DNA from: Williopsis jadinii | Taxonomy: Eukaryota | DNA length: 64,000 nucleotides | Reading direction: 5' to 3' | Assembly: GCA_024346625.1 (NCBI GenBank) | Contig: AP024667.1 | Coordinates: 1,302,001-1,366,000, forward strand | Shown: positions 9,794-19,913 of the stretch, piece after piece | Layout: every line of letters begins with the position of its first letter | How positions within the stretch are numbered: position 1 is the first letter of the stretch | Made by a program: the position numbers and the translations under genes | The notes under the pieces: generated by a model | The model's input: only the letters and a program-made list of their open reading frames with translations | The model's database searches: none | Told to the model about the DNA's origin: nothing

Positions 9794-10473
9794 ATGGTTT
9801 CCACTGTGTCTCCAACTATCCAATTGTCCTCTGGTGATAGGCTCATCACCGTAGCTGGCGGGTAAGTTGTTCTACATGTCGATGACCTCCAAGGCCTTGC
9901 TTTGACTAACCATGTGATACTTCAAAACAGGTGCTTCTGGGGGCTGGACCAGTTATACAGCAAGCAGTACCTGGGCCACGGGTTGATTGATGCAAAGGTT
10001 GGGTATGCCAATGGGCAGACAGACATTGAAAACCCTTCTTATGAAAGAGTCTGCGAAGGTGATACCAACTGTGAGTAAAAGAGCCCTTGGACGTTAATCG
10101 TCGTTAGCTAACACACAAGGAATGAATAACAGACGCAGAGGTCCTACAAATCGCTTATGATCCAGAGCAGCTCTCCTTGAAGGAACTCGTGTCCTTCTTC
10201 TACCGAATTCACGATCCAACAACGGTCAATGCACAGGGGAAGAGGAACAGAGGAACTCAGTACCGTTCGGCCATCTTCTACCATAGTCCTTCAGACCTCG
10301 AAACCATCAGAACGGTCACCGTGGAGTTTGAAAAGAAGTGGGGAGCACCAATAGTCACACAGATTGAACAGATTGAGAGCTTCTACGACGCTGAAGAGTA
10401 TCACCAGCAGTACTTGACGAAGAACGTAGATGGATACCACTGTGATACTCACTTCATTAGGGACTTTGACTGA
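9794..10473 (+). CDS. MXR1: Peptide methionine sulfoxide reductase MsrA, copy 1; exons 9794-9861, 9931-10070, 10133-10473 (182 aa)
   Basis: Intron 1 GTAAGT..GACTAAC..CAG; intron 2 GTGAGT..GCTAAC..CAG. Splicing gives LITVAGGCFWGLD...VGYANG...SYERVCEGDTNYAEVLQ...HDPT...GTQYRSAIF...FYDAEEYHQQYL..GYHC. Confidence 0.93.
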
Positions 10474-12393
10474 TCAAGGAATACATAGCATGTGGTAACT
10501 TATCGTGAGGTTCACAGCCGCCCAAACTATTGTTGTAGAAGCCTCTCAGCTATCGAGATGAGTATGCTCTTTTGGCTCCACAGCATAGGGCTGCCACTCT
10601 GGATGGTGAGGTTACTGAGTAAGCGGTGAGCCAACTCGGAAGATACCTCACAACTGCATCTGTGTGTAATGCTCTCCAAGAAGGTCCTCATACTTACTAT
10701 CTAGGATCTATATACGATATACAACACACATTTCATTCCACCACATACAACCTCATCTTTCCCATTTGTTCGAATGAAGTCTTCCTCAAAAGTGTTCCAG
10801 CACGCAATCATGAGGCAGAGATCTGAGAGCAGCATAGATACCCACACAAGAAGCAGAGGAGAATCACAGAGCAGCAACTGGAACGGGAATGAGAGGAGAT
10901 CTCTGACAACAAGAGAACCGTGTTTAGGCTGAATTGGACCTGGAGTTGAGAATAAAGGTTTTGATTGATTGCAAAAAGAGTATCAATGAATATCCCCAGG
11001 AATGACCAATTCTATATCCAGGGAACGAATTCAAAGTCCCAGGGAGACAAAAGAGTCATAACAAAAGGTCAGGTATCATCAGATTTGCAGATAACCACCA
11101 AGAAGTGGATGACAAGAGGCCGATAACGATCCATCATTTGATAACAATAGCTCTTAAGCACCAAGAGTTTGGACTAGAAACCAATGATGTCAAAATGCTC
11201 TTGAAACTTGGTAGAGCTTAGATTGCTCTTTCCCTTGCTCGAACAACAGTTCACCATCACTTGTGAACTACCATCGTTGTCGTTGCTATCACTGTCAGCA
11301 GTGATGTCACTGACAAGAGACTCACTTTCACTAGTCTAACATGCATCGTTGACATTGAGAAGAGATGAATGACGACAGGACAAGACAGGACAAGACAGGA
11401 CAACATCCATTCGTAACCAAGGGTTCTGACCAGGAACCAATGGTATCAAACAATGAATGTCACATGCCAGCAGCCAAATCAGACCTCTGCGGCATCACTC
11501 TTGCAAGTTAACAGAGCGTGTTGTTAGCACGCTGAAACCAGCCCACCAGCATGTCGCAACCATCTTCAGAACAATGACCATCATCTTCCGAGGAGCCAGG
11601 GCCAGGACGTCAGCACCAGGACATCAGCACCACAACTCTGCAATCCCAAGCCATGGTTCCCAAACACTCAACGCCCGTACTATCAGCTGCAATCCATCGC
11701 CAGCCTACTCCAAATGGCAAGCACATGACACACAGCTGCAATGACGGTTCCAAAAGCTCCATGTGAGAGCCATGGCTTGGCTATCACCATCGGCCTGGAC
11801 AGGAACCGTTGATAACCTCACCATTGGCATCACATTAGCATCACATAGGCATCACATTGGCGTTACCGTGGCAATGCCAATGCCTGTCAAAGTTGGGCTG
11901 TGCATATTCCATCAACTCTATTCTTCTCACCTTGGCCTCACCAAAAGTGGTTGGTAAAAGAGAGCAGCAGAAATTGGGCAGATGGCTCCTTTTATCCTCA
12001 ACTACTGGGGTTTGTGTTTTGTGTCACTGGCAGCTTGTGCTCACCTCGTAGTCCACGATGTTTCTGAGCGTTGATACCGTTTGTGTGCGCACTATATAAC
12101 ATCACCATCAGAGCGAGCCGTTGCGGCCTGCGAAGCCCAGCCGTGGTGAACCGCACGGGGGAGGCCAGTGTCTCCAATTGGTTATCTAACCGCTAGAAAA
12201 CGTCACCAGGGCAAACGATCCGGGCCAGCATGCTAAGCACACCTGTTACACACCTGTTGCACGCCGGTGACACGGCGTGTCAACCGGGAAGAGAGGGCCA
12301 AAGCGAATACCCTCTCAGCTTACAACGACGGTTGGCCACGATGCCCGAGGTGTATCCACAGCAACAACGGGCCAAACACAGTTCGCCATCGGC

Positions 12394-12403
12394 AAACTGT
12401 GGC
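12394..12403 (+). promoter_or_regulatory. Met31/Met32 consensus site AAACTGTGGC upstream of MsrA copy 2
   Basis: Exact match to the S. cerevisiae consensus, 150 bp upstream of the ATG at 12544. Confidence 0.65.
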
Positions 12404-12543
12404 GCCAACCGAGAACCGTTGCGGTTGTGCATAAGGAAGCCCAGCGTTTTGATGGGCAGCAGAGCTCGTTTGAACTTTTGTCTTCTTTACATCCCTTCTT
12501 CTGTTGCCACGAGCCTAGAGAGCCAGAGAGAGATTCAACCACG

Positions 12544-13228
12544 ATGCCTTCGACCATATCTCCAACCATTGTGTACAATGCTGGCACCAATAAGCTGATT
12601 ACGGTGGCAGCCGGGTAAGTATCTTGTGTCAATATCAGTAGTTGTTCAAAGCACTAATCTAGTACGCCACCTGGTAGGTGCTTTTGGGGAGTTGACCATA
12701 TATACCGCAAGAACTATGTCGATAAGGGGCTGGTGGACGCGAAGGTGGGGTTTGCGAACGGACACGTTGACAATCCTTCTTATAAGAGGGTCTGTGAAGG
12801 AGACACCAATTGTGAGTATTGCGATGCAATGTGAAAGGCGATGTGAAAGGCGACGAGAGTTACTAACCACTTGGGATTATTCCAACACAGTTGCCGAGGT
12901 TTTACAGATCTCCTACGACCCAGCCAAGCTGCCACTGAGGGAGATCATCTCGTTCTTCTACCGGATCCACGATCCAACTACACTGAACTCCCAAGGTGCC
13001 GACAAGGGAACACAGTACCGTTCCGCAATCTTCTACCACGATGCTAGCGACCTCGCCATCATCGAAGAGGTCACCGAGGAGTACTCAAAGAAGTGGAAGG
13101 CACCTCTGGTGACAAAGATCGAGCCTATAAAGAACTTCTACGACGCTGAAGACTACCATCAAGAGTACTTGTTCAAGAACCCAGATGGCTACCACTGTGA
13201 AACCCACTATATAAGAGGTTTCGACTGA
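12544..13228 (+). CDS. MXR1: Peptide methionine sulfoxide reductase MsrA, copy 2; exons 12544-12614, 12678-12811, 12891-13228 (180 aa)
   Basis: Intron 1 GTAAGT..CACTAAT..TAG; intron 2 GTGAGT..TACTAAC..CAG. Spliced product LITVAAGCFWGVD...SYKRVCEGDTNFAEVLQ...SQGADKGTQYRS...FYDAEDYHQEYL..GYHC. Intron positions are the same as in copy 1. Confidence 0.94.
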
Positions 13229-13411
13229 AAACAGGAATCCTACGGTGAAAATGAAGACCATACAGCCATCATAATGTAGCTCTATATACCTTCAAACCAA
13301 AAAAAAGTAAAAATCACCAGTATCAAACCCGTGAATTGGTTGGAAATACCAGATCTCCCTTTAAGAAGTAAAAATCATCAAGTACCAGCAGAATTTGATA
13401 CGACATGGTAA

Positions 13412-13870
13412 TCATAAGAAACTAGGCTTTGATAACATGCGTGGGTCAGGTGAGGACTTGAATGACGAGCCTGCAACCTGCACTGGTGTGCCCGAAGGTC
13501 TCGGTGGTTTGTTTCTGTTGTTGTTGCTGTTGCTGTTGTTGTTGTTGTTGTCATTGTAGGTGTAGTTCTTAACGCCCTTCTTAACTTCCACCGCCGCTGA
13601 GCGAGGCGATGAAAGAGGCGATTTGCTACTCTTCACAGCTTTGTCTGATTTGTCCAGCTTCTTCTTCGGCTCTGCTTTATCCTTCTTCGGCTCTGCTTTA
13701 TCCCTCTTTGGTTTCTGCGATCTCTGTCTTCTATTGCTGTTACCACCAATATTGCCGTTTCCAAAGTCAGGTCTCTGTCCATTGGGTAAACAGGGCTCCG
13801 GAAGCACTATCCGTTGATTCTTATGGCTATTCACGTAGCCAGCGTCGTATGAACCGGCTTTACGTGACAT
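13412..13870 (-). CDS. EDC2: Enhancer of mRNA decapping, Edc1/Edc2-like
   Basis: ATG at 13870; LPNGQRPDFG motif and C-terminal AGSSF...LSKPSFL; small, basic and low-complexity; lies beside YER034W-like and ARB1 as in S. cerevisiae. Confidence 0.72.
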   Translation of the reverse strand: MSRKAGSYDAGYVNSHKNQRIVLPEPCLPNGQRPDFGNGNIGGNSNRRQRSQKPKRDKAEPKKDKAEPKKKLDKSDKAVKSSKSPLSSPRSAAVEVKKGVKNYTYNDNNNNNSNSNNNRNKPPRPSGTPVQVAGSSFKSSPDPRMLSKPSFL

Positions 13871-14133
13871 CTCTGTGCGCTTTAGGTACCTCAGTTGTAT
13901 AACCTGCTGCCTGCCTGTTCCGTGATGGAGGACAGCTCCGTCCACCTTTTTTCCCTCCGCAGGCCTTGTTGGCGGCGGCGGGCAGAGCGTTCTGATATTT
14001 ACGCAGCTCGCTGGGATGTCCCGCGTAAGCATCAGCACGGGTATATAGCCCGGATGAACTTCACCTCAGTACAATTCACTTCACTTCACTCTACCCGTCA
14101 AGCGAGCGGTTAGACACCTGGATAAGTTAGCCA

Positions 14134-14679
14134 ATGGATTACAACTTGAAGCAGGAGAACAGGAAGAAGTTCCAGGACAAGCAGAGGCTGAAACGGCACC
14201 ACAAGAAAGACTACTCCAAGGTCGTCAAGCCCAGTGCTGAGGAAGCCGAAGCTGGCATTACAAATGACGCTGAGCCCAAGTTTGACGACGAGGGCAACGA
14301 GATAGAGGATCTAGAGGGTAGACCCGCAGTTGGCAACTCGTGGAGGTACAAGGAGGAGCTCACCGTTGCTGGCCTGGACGACGAGTCGTCAGAGCTGATC
14401 AAACAGATCGACTTCAAGAAGCTCTCGTCACGCGGCATCGACCTCGGCACACCCAAGAAGGACAGGCTTGCTGGCATGACCGATGACCAGCTGTTGCACT
14501 TCAGGTTCGACACCCAGACAACTACAGCCAGAGCTGAGACCAAGTCAACGATGAGCCCACAGCTCCACATCTCATCAACAGCCCAGCACAGGGCACAGCC
14601 ACAGCCACGGCCCAACAACCACACAAAGACCCCAGCAAACCTCCAAGGCGATCAGTCGTTCCTAGACGACCTTATATAG
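14134..14679 (+). CDS. Uncharacterised protein similar to S. cerevisiae YER034W
   Basis: N-terminal LKQENRKKFQDKQRLKRHH and C-terminal DQSFLDDLI resemble Yer034w as recalled; synteny with EDC2/ARB1. Confidence 0.75.
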   Translation: MDYNLKQENRKKFQDKQRLKRHHKKDYSKVVKPSAEEAEAGITNDAEPKFDDEGNEIEDLEGRPAVGNSWRYKEELTVAGLDDESSELIKQIDFKKLSSRGIDLGTPKKDRLAGMTDDQLLHFRFDTQTTTARAETKSTMSPQLHISSTAQHRAQPQPRPNNHTKTPANLQGDQSFLDDLI

Positions 14680-14779
14680 TCCACTGTATCTCTCCATTCA
14701 TCAGAGATATTGGCCAAAGAACACCATAGAACCCAATGGAACAACCACTCGCCCGTCACGTGCTCTATTACATCATAGG

Positions 14780-14862
14780 TTACCCGGCCCTGGAATACCA
14801 GAAGAGAAAAACTACCCGGTAGGCGCAACATTATCTCATCGACCTGAAGAAAAAAAATTTTG
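14780..14862 (+). promoter_or_regulatory. Reb1 site with PAC/RRPE-like elements upstream of ARB1
   Basis: TTACCCGG at 14780-14787, CTCATCG near 14835, GAAAAAAAATTTT near 14849. Confidence 0.55.
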
Positions 14863-14950
14863 ATTGCAACTTTTCGAGACTTTTCACTTTAAACAAGTTT
14901 CAACATCTTTTTCTTGTTATTTCTCATATACAGCAAGACAAAAACAAACA

Positions 14951-16738
14951 ATGGCTATTTCCGCATCGAAGGCTAAGAGAGAGGCCAAGAAGGCTGCTTC
15001 TGGTAAGAAGGTGAAGAAGGATAAGTCTGCTCCATCTGAGGAGGCGACGAGTGAGGAGCTGCAAAAGTTGAAGCTGCAACAGGATAAGCACGGTTTGTCT
15101 GACAGAGTGACGACCGGTGTTTTGGACTCCTTGGTTACGTCTCGTGATGTTAAGATCTCGTCGGTGTCGCTTTTGTTCCACGGTAAGGTTCTGATCCAGG
15201 ACTCCACGCTGGAGCTCAACTACGGCCGTCGTTATGGTTTGCTTGGTGAGAACGGATGTGGTAAGTCCACTTTCCTCAATGCTCTCGCAGCAAGAGAGTA
15301 CCCAATTCCGGAGAACATCGATATCTACTTGCTGAACGAGCCTGCGGAGCCAAGTGAGTTCTCTGCGTTGGAGTATGTTGTCCGCGAGGCTGAGCACGAG
15401 TTGAAGAGATTGGAGGACCTTGTTGAACAGATCATTGAGGAAGAGGGCCCTGAGTCCCCAGTCTTGGAAGGTTTGTACGAAAAGATTGACTCCATGGACC
15501 CAGCTACCTTTGAATCGAGAGCTGCTATCATCTTGACCGGTTTGGGTTTCAACAAGGACACGATCCAGAAGAAGACCAAGGACATGTCTGGTGGTTGGAA
15601 GATGCGTGTTGCATTGGCAAAGGCTCTTTTCGTCAAACCAACCTTGCTTTTACTCGATGACCCAACTGCCCATTTGGACTTGGAGGCCTGTGTCTGGTTA
15701 GAAGAGTACTTGAAGAGATTTGACCGTATCTTGGTTTTGGTTTCCCACTCCCAAGATTTCCTCAACGGTGTCTGTACAAACATGATCGACATGAGATTGC
15801 AGAAGTTGACCCAGTACGGTGGTAATTATGACTCTTATGAGAAGACAAGAGCCGAATTGGAGACAAACCAGATGAAATCTTATAACAAACAACAGGAAGA
15901 AATTGCTCATATCAAGAAGTTCATCGCTTCCGCAGGTACATATGCCAACCTGGTTCGTCAGGCAAAGTCCAGACAGAAAATCTTGGATAAGATGGAGGCT
16001 GACGGTTTAATCGAGAAAGTTGTTCCTGACAAAGTCTTCACGTTTAGATTCTCCGAGGTTGAAAAGCTTCCTCCTCCAGTTTTGTCCTTTGACGACATCT
16101 CCTTTGCCTATGACGGTAAGCCAGAGCACAACTTGTACGAGCATTTGAGTTTCGGTGTTGATATGGATTCAAGAATTGCCCTTGTTGGGCCAAATGGTGT
16201 TGGTAAATCTACTCTTTTGAAGATTATGACTGGTGAATTGCAAGCCCAATCCGGTCGTGTGTCTCGTCATACCCATATCAAGGTTGGTGTGTACTCGCAA
16301 CACTCTGCTGATCAGCTGGACTTGACCAAATCTCCGCTGGAATTCGTCCGTGATAAGTTCTCAAGCGTCTCCCAAGATTTGCAATACTGGAGAGGCCAAT
16401 TGGGCCGTTACGGTCTCACCGGTGAGGGCCAAACTGCTCAGATGGCTACGCTGTCGGAAGGTCAGCGTTCCCGTGTCGTCTTCGCCCTCTTGGCCCTCGA
16501 GAAGCCAAACATCTTGCTGTTGGACGAGCCTACTAACGGTTTGGACATCCCAACCATCGACTCCCTCGCTGAGGCAATCAACTCCTTTGAAGGTGGTGTC
16601 TGTGTCGTGTCGCACGATTTCCGTCTGCTGGACAAGATCGCCAAGGACATCTTCGTCGTTGAGAACAAGACCGCAACCAGATGGAACGGTTCGATCACCG
16701 ACTACAAGAACAAGTTGGCGAAGAACGTTGTCTTGTGA
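14951..16738 (+). CDS. ARB1: ABC-F family ATPase involved in ribosome biogenesis
   Basis: ATG at 14951 (MAISASKAKREAKK); two NBDs (GENGCGKST/MSGGW/LLLLDD and GPNGVGKST/LSEGQ/LLLDE); no TM segments. Confidence 0.95.
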   Translation: MAISASKAKREAKKAASGKKVKKDKSAPSEEATSEELQKLKLQQDKHGLSDRVTTGVLDSLVTSRDVKISSVSLLFHGKVLIQDSTLELNYGRRYGLLGENGCGKSTFLNALAAREYPIPENIDIYLLNEPAEPSEFSALEYVVREAEHELKRLEDLVEQIIEEEGPESPVLEGLYEKIDSMDPATFESRAAIILTGLGFNKDTIQKKTKDMSGGWKMRVALAKALFVKPTLLLLDDPTAHLDLEACVWLEEYLKRFDRILVLVSHSQDFLNGVCTNMIDMRLQKLTQYGGNYDSYEKTRAELETNQMKSYNKQQEEIAHIKKFIASAGTYANLVRQAKSRQKILDKMEADGLIEKVVPDKVFTFRFSEVEKLPPPVLSFDDISFAYDGKPEHNLYEHLSFGVDMDSRIALVGPNGVGKSTLLKIMTGELQAQSGRVSRHTHIKVGVYSQHSADQLDLTKSPLEFVRDKFSSVSQDLQYWRGQLGRYGLTGEGQTAQMATLSEGQRSRVVFALLALEKPNILLLDEPTNGLDIPTIDSLAEAINSFEGGVCVVSHDFRLLDKIAKDIFVVENKTATRWNGSITDYKNKLAKNVVL

Positions 16739-17378
16739 TGATGTACTAGATTCCTCTTCTTTTCACTATCCTATATATGCAATTAATGTTGATGTTAGCA
16801 CCATCCAAGTGCCAATTGAAGCCACATCCACAGGACTGATCCCGTTATCGTTCTCTCTGTAGCTGTAGCTGTAATTGTAGCTGTAACTGTAGCCGTTGTC
16901 AATACAACGGGAAAGAGACAAGAAGCGTATAGCACTTTATATTCCATCGTTTCCCCGGAAACCGTCGCTTATGCAACGGCGTGTCCGAAAGCGGGAAAAG
17001 GTAAACAGATATACATCCACTTCGATGAAGGACAGCAAAAAAAAACAAAGCACGAGGAAAAGGGCAGAATAAGAAAGAATATCGCGAGATGCGAGTGAAC
17101 GTTGGGTGGAGCTCTTCAATTGGACCGTTGTTGATTCATTTTAGTACTCTTTGAGGGTCATTCTTACCGTCTTTAACGGCTTCTGGACACTTGCAATTCC
17201 AACATTAGAGGTAACGTGTAAGGACAGAACAAGGGAACTGAGGAACAGCGACTTTGGCTGCACGAAGGGTAGAATAAGCCAATTTTTTCTCCAATAATAA
17301 TAAGCTGCCTTATAAGGACTCTCGTTTTGGTTCGCTGGAATTGGCAGACGTCCGCTTGTGTGTGTATATATATGGCTC

Positions 17379-19859
17379 ATGATGGCATTGCACGGTTCGC
17401 ATACGTCGTCAACGCTGACGAGGTTCAGCAAAACTCACAAGAGAAGACCCACGTCTGTTGCTGGAGACTTACTGAACTCGACAAACATGTACATCACCTC
17501 AGACGGCACGGTATTACAGTCATCGCTGGTTAAAGAAGGGTCTCCTTCCAAGAGGAAGCTGACGGGCTCAACGTCGCAAGTGAGGTTTGACCTCCCTGAT
17601 TCTGAGGAGGAGACGGAGGAGGAACAACAGGAGGACAATGACCATGATTCGTTCCTCAGCGAGGAGGAGTGGGAAGATCTGGAAGACGTGCCTGTTCGAA
17701 AAGACAGCTACGATGATAAGCTGATATTCGACGCTGAGTCCAAACAGGTAATCTCATCTTCACAGAGCAAGTCGATTGTGGACTTTAACGACCCATATGA
17801 AGTTAGCCAGTCGATGAGATCGTTACTGCTGAGCAGTGAACAGAGGTCCAAACTGTTCATACGGCCGTTCTCTGAGCTGAACAAGGGCCCTATTGCAATA
17901 CCTGTTGAGGCCAGATTACCACCACCTCTCTGTGCAAAGAATATCATATCCAAAGCAAGACCTGAAACACTCGTCTATAACGGTATAGACTATGAACCCT
18001 TTGATCTGAAACTGGTCACTGCAAAGTATCTGGCGATGAAGGAGCAGAGAAGAATACACAGTGCTTCTTCCACCCCAACTGTTGAGAATGATAAATTCCA
18101 AGGAGTAGTAATACCAGATGACTTGTCGAAACCTCTGACGACAAAGGAGAGACCGAAATCTATGACGTTGGATAATGAAAGGGAGATCGCCAACCCAAGC
18201 CAGGCTGCAATGAGACAGAACAATGAACTAAACAGAAGGTTTTCGTTCCCTCCAAGGGTCAATCATGCCATACCACCACCATTACCTGAGAAGAATGCTA
18301 CTACAAAGGAGAAGCCAAAGGGACTACAGATATTCTCACCTGATGGACCTTTCGTGCCACCATCAGCATCTACTCATAGGCGTTCCACTACGATTGACTC
18401 TATGGTGAACAGTTCACCAGAACAGGAGAAATTGACGGTGGAGAATGAAGCTAACCCCAGAGCAATTCATCAACCAAGCCCACAGGCACCAGTATCATTT
18501 ACTCATTGGATTCCTCAGGAGTCTGTAAAGCCTCTAGAGAACCAAGCCCTGAATACGGAGATCCACACTCTACACATTCACGACGACATTCATATGAGTG
18601 GCCTAAGTGAGCCAGCATTGGTTCCACGAGATGACAGTTCAGTATACTCTGAAGAATCTATCCAGGATTCGATACAGGACTCCATTGAAGATTCGATCCA
18701 GGATTCTGTTATGGAATCTGTACAATCTACAGAGAGGGACCTCCTTGAAGACGAGGAGGATGCTTCATCACTTGAATCAAACGACTCAGCACAATTGCAA
18801 GCACTAGGTAATCTGATCATATCGTCAGGTGGTGATCTCTCGCTAACAGAGGAGCAGATCGAGAAGATGGATCAAATCACTGCAAGCCAATCCCACATAT
18901 ATGACAATCCATTACCTGTCGATGTGTCGTTGAACACGAAGCCAACTAATACCTGTGAGCATGTGGTCAAGAAGACACCAACTGAGCAGGTATCTGTGAA
19001 GAGCAAGCCAATTGAAGCTATCGAGACTATTGAATTAACAGATACAGAGGACGAATCAGACGAAGTCCATGAACCAAGCGAAGAAATGTCCAGCCAGCCT
19101 TTAGGAACACACTGGAAACCTCAAAGAGTTTCCTCAAGGGATACGAAGGAAGCAGACAGAATTCGTGCGGTCTCACAGAACATGATGAAGAAAGCAAACA
19201 ATTCGCCAATGCTAAGTCAGTCGAGCTATCAATCTGAAGCCACTGGCCTGTTTTCACAACCTTCAAGCACGCTTACAGATGACACTGAAGTGAGCCAAAG
19301 GAACTCCATCTCTTCTAACCTCGTCATGGCAAAACGTCAGCAGTCCTTTAGAAGTTTCATCCAAGAGATGGATAACGGTGAATTCAGAGAAACCATTGAG
19401 ATTGATGACGAATATGACGATTATGGTAGAAAGGCCTCTTCTGGCTCTCTCTTCTCCTTCGAAACGGTTGCATCGGAGGTTCAAATGGGTATTCATTCAC
19501 CTTTGAATTCAAATATCAGAAGGTATACGTCGCAGTTGAAGTCAGTGCTTGAGCTTTGCGACGAATCAATGAGCGATTCCAGAAGTGTTCTGGAGTCATT
19601 GAAGAGACAGAAAACGATCTTGATCCAAAGACGTAACGAACTGATGAAATCACAGAAGAAGGACCTGGAGAAGTTGATGAAGATCCAGGAATTGCAAGAC
19701 AAAGTCAAACAGGTCCATCAAAGACAGGCATCTGTGAGACGTGATATGGGAACAAAGCGTAATATGGATCTATACTTCGACTATGCCAACTCGGAGAGCT
19801 ATGACTTCCAGAGCTACATGAGAAATCAATCGTCGTCATCTATATCAATGGCTGTATAA
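17379..19859 (+). CDS. FIR1: Large low-complexity protein, probably Fir1-like (bud-neck/polarity)
   Basis: About 826-aa ORF with SQVRFDLPD (RVxF-like) and PIAIPVEARLPP blocks; convergent with the ZRG8-like gene as in S. cerevisiae. The name rests mostly on synteny. Confidence 0.55.
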   Translation: MMALHGSHTSSTLTRFSKTHKRRPTSVAGDLLNSTNMYITSDGTVLQSSLVKEGSPSKRKLTGSTSQVRFDLPDSEEETEEEQQEDNDHDSFLSEEEWEDLEDVPVRKDSYDDKLIFDAESKQVISSSQSKSIVDFNDPYEVSQSMRSLLLSSEQRSKLFIRPFSELNKGPIAIPVEARLPPPLCAKNIISKARPETLVYNGIDYEPFDLKLVTAKYLAMKEQRRIHSASSTPTVENDKFQGVVIPDDLSKPLTTKERPKSMTLDNEREIANPSQAAMRQNNELNRRFSFPPRVNHAIPPPLPEKNATTKEKPKGLQIFSPDGPFVPPSASTHRRSTTIDSMVNSSPEQEKLTVENEANPRAIHQPSPQAPVSFTHWIPQESVKPLENQALNTEIHTLHIHDDIHMSGLSEPALVPRDDSSVYSEESIQDSIQDSIEDSIQDSVMESVQSTERDLLEDEEDASSLESNDSAQLQALGNLIISSGGDLSLTEEQIEKMDQITASQSHIYDNPLPVDVSLNTKPTNTCEHVVKKTPTEQVSVKSKPIEAIETIELTDTEDESDEVHEPSEEMSSQPLGTHWKPQRVSSRDTKEADRIRAVSQNMMKKANNSPMLSQSSYQSEATGLFSQPSSTLTDDTEVSQRNSISSNLVMAKRQQSFRSFIQEMDNGEFRETIEIDDEYDDYGRKASSGSLFSFETVASEVQMGIHSPLNSNIRRYTSQLKSVLELCDESMSDSRSVLESLKRQKTILIQRRNELMKSQKKDLEKLMKIQELQDKVKQVHQRQASVRRDMGTKRNMDLYFDYANSESYDFQSYMRNQSSSSISMAV

Positions 19860-19913
19860 GTGGTATTTATCATCATCATCATTAATATATAATATGAGAA
19901 CATGACGTATTGA

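Noticed and set aside
12626..13228. 200-aa ORF as a single-exon MsrA with a novel N-terminus
   Set aside because: It lacks the GCFWG motif and its N-terminus reads through introns. The three-exon model restores a complete MsrA.
16856..16895. (CTGTAG)n hexamer repeat after ARB1
   Set aside because: Ordinary short microsatellite with no evidence of function.
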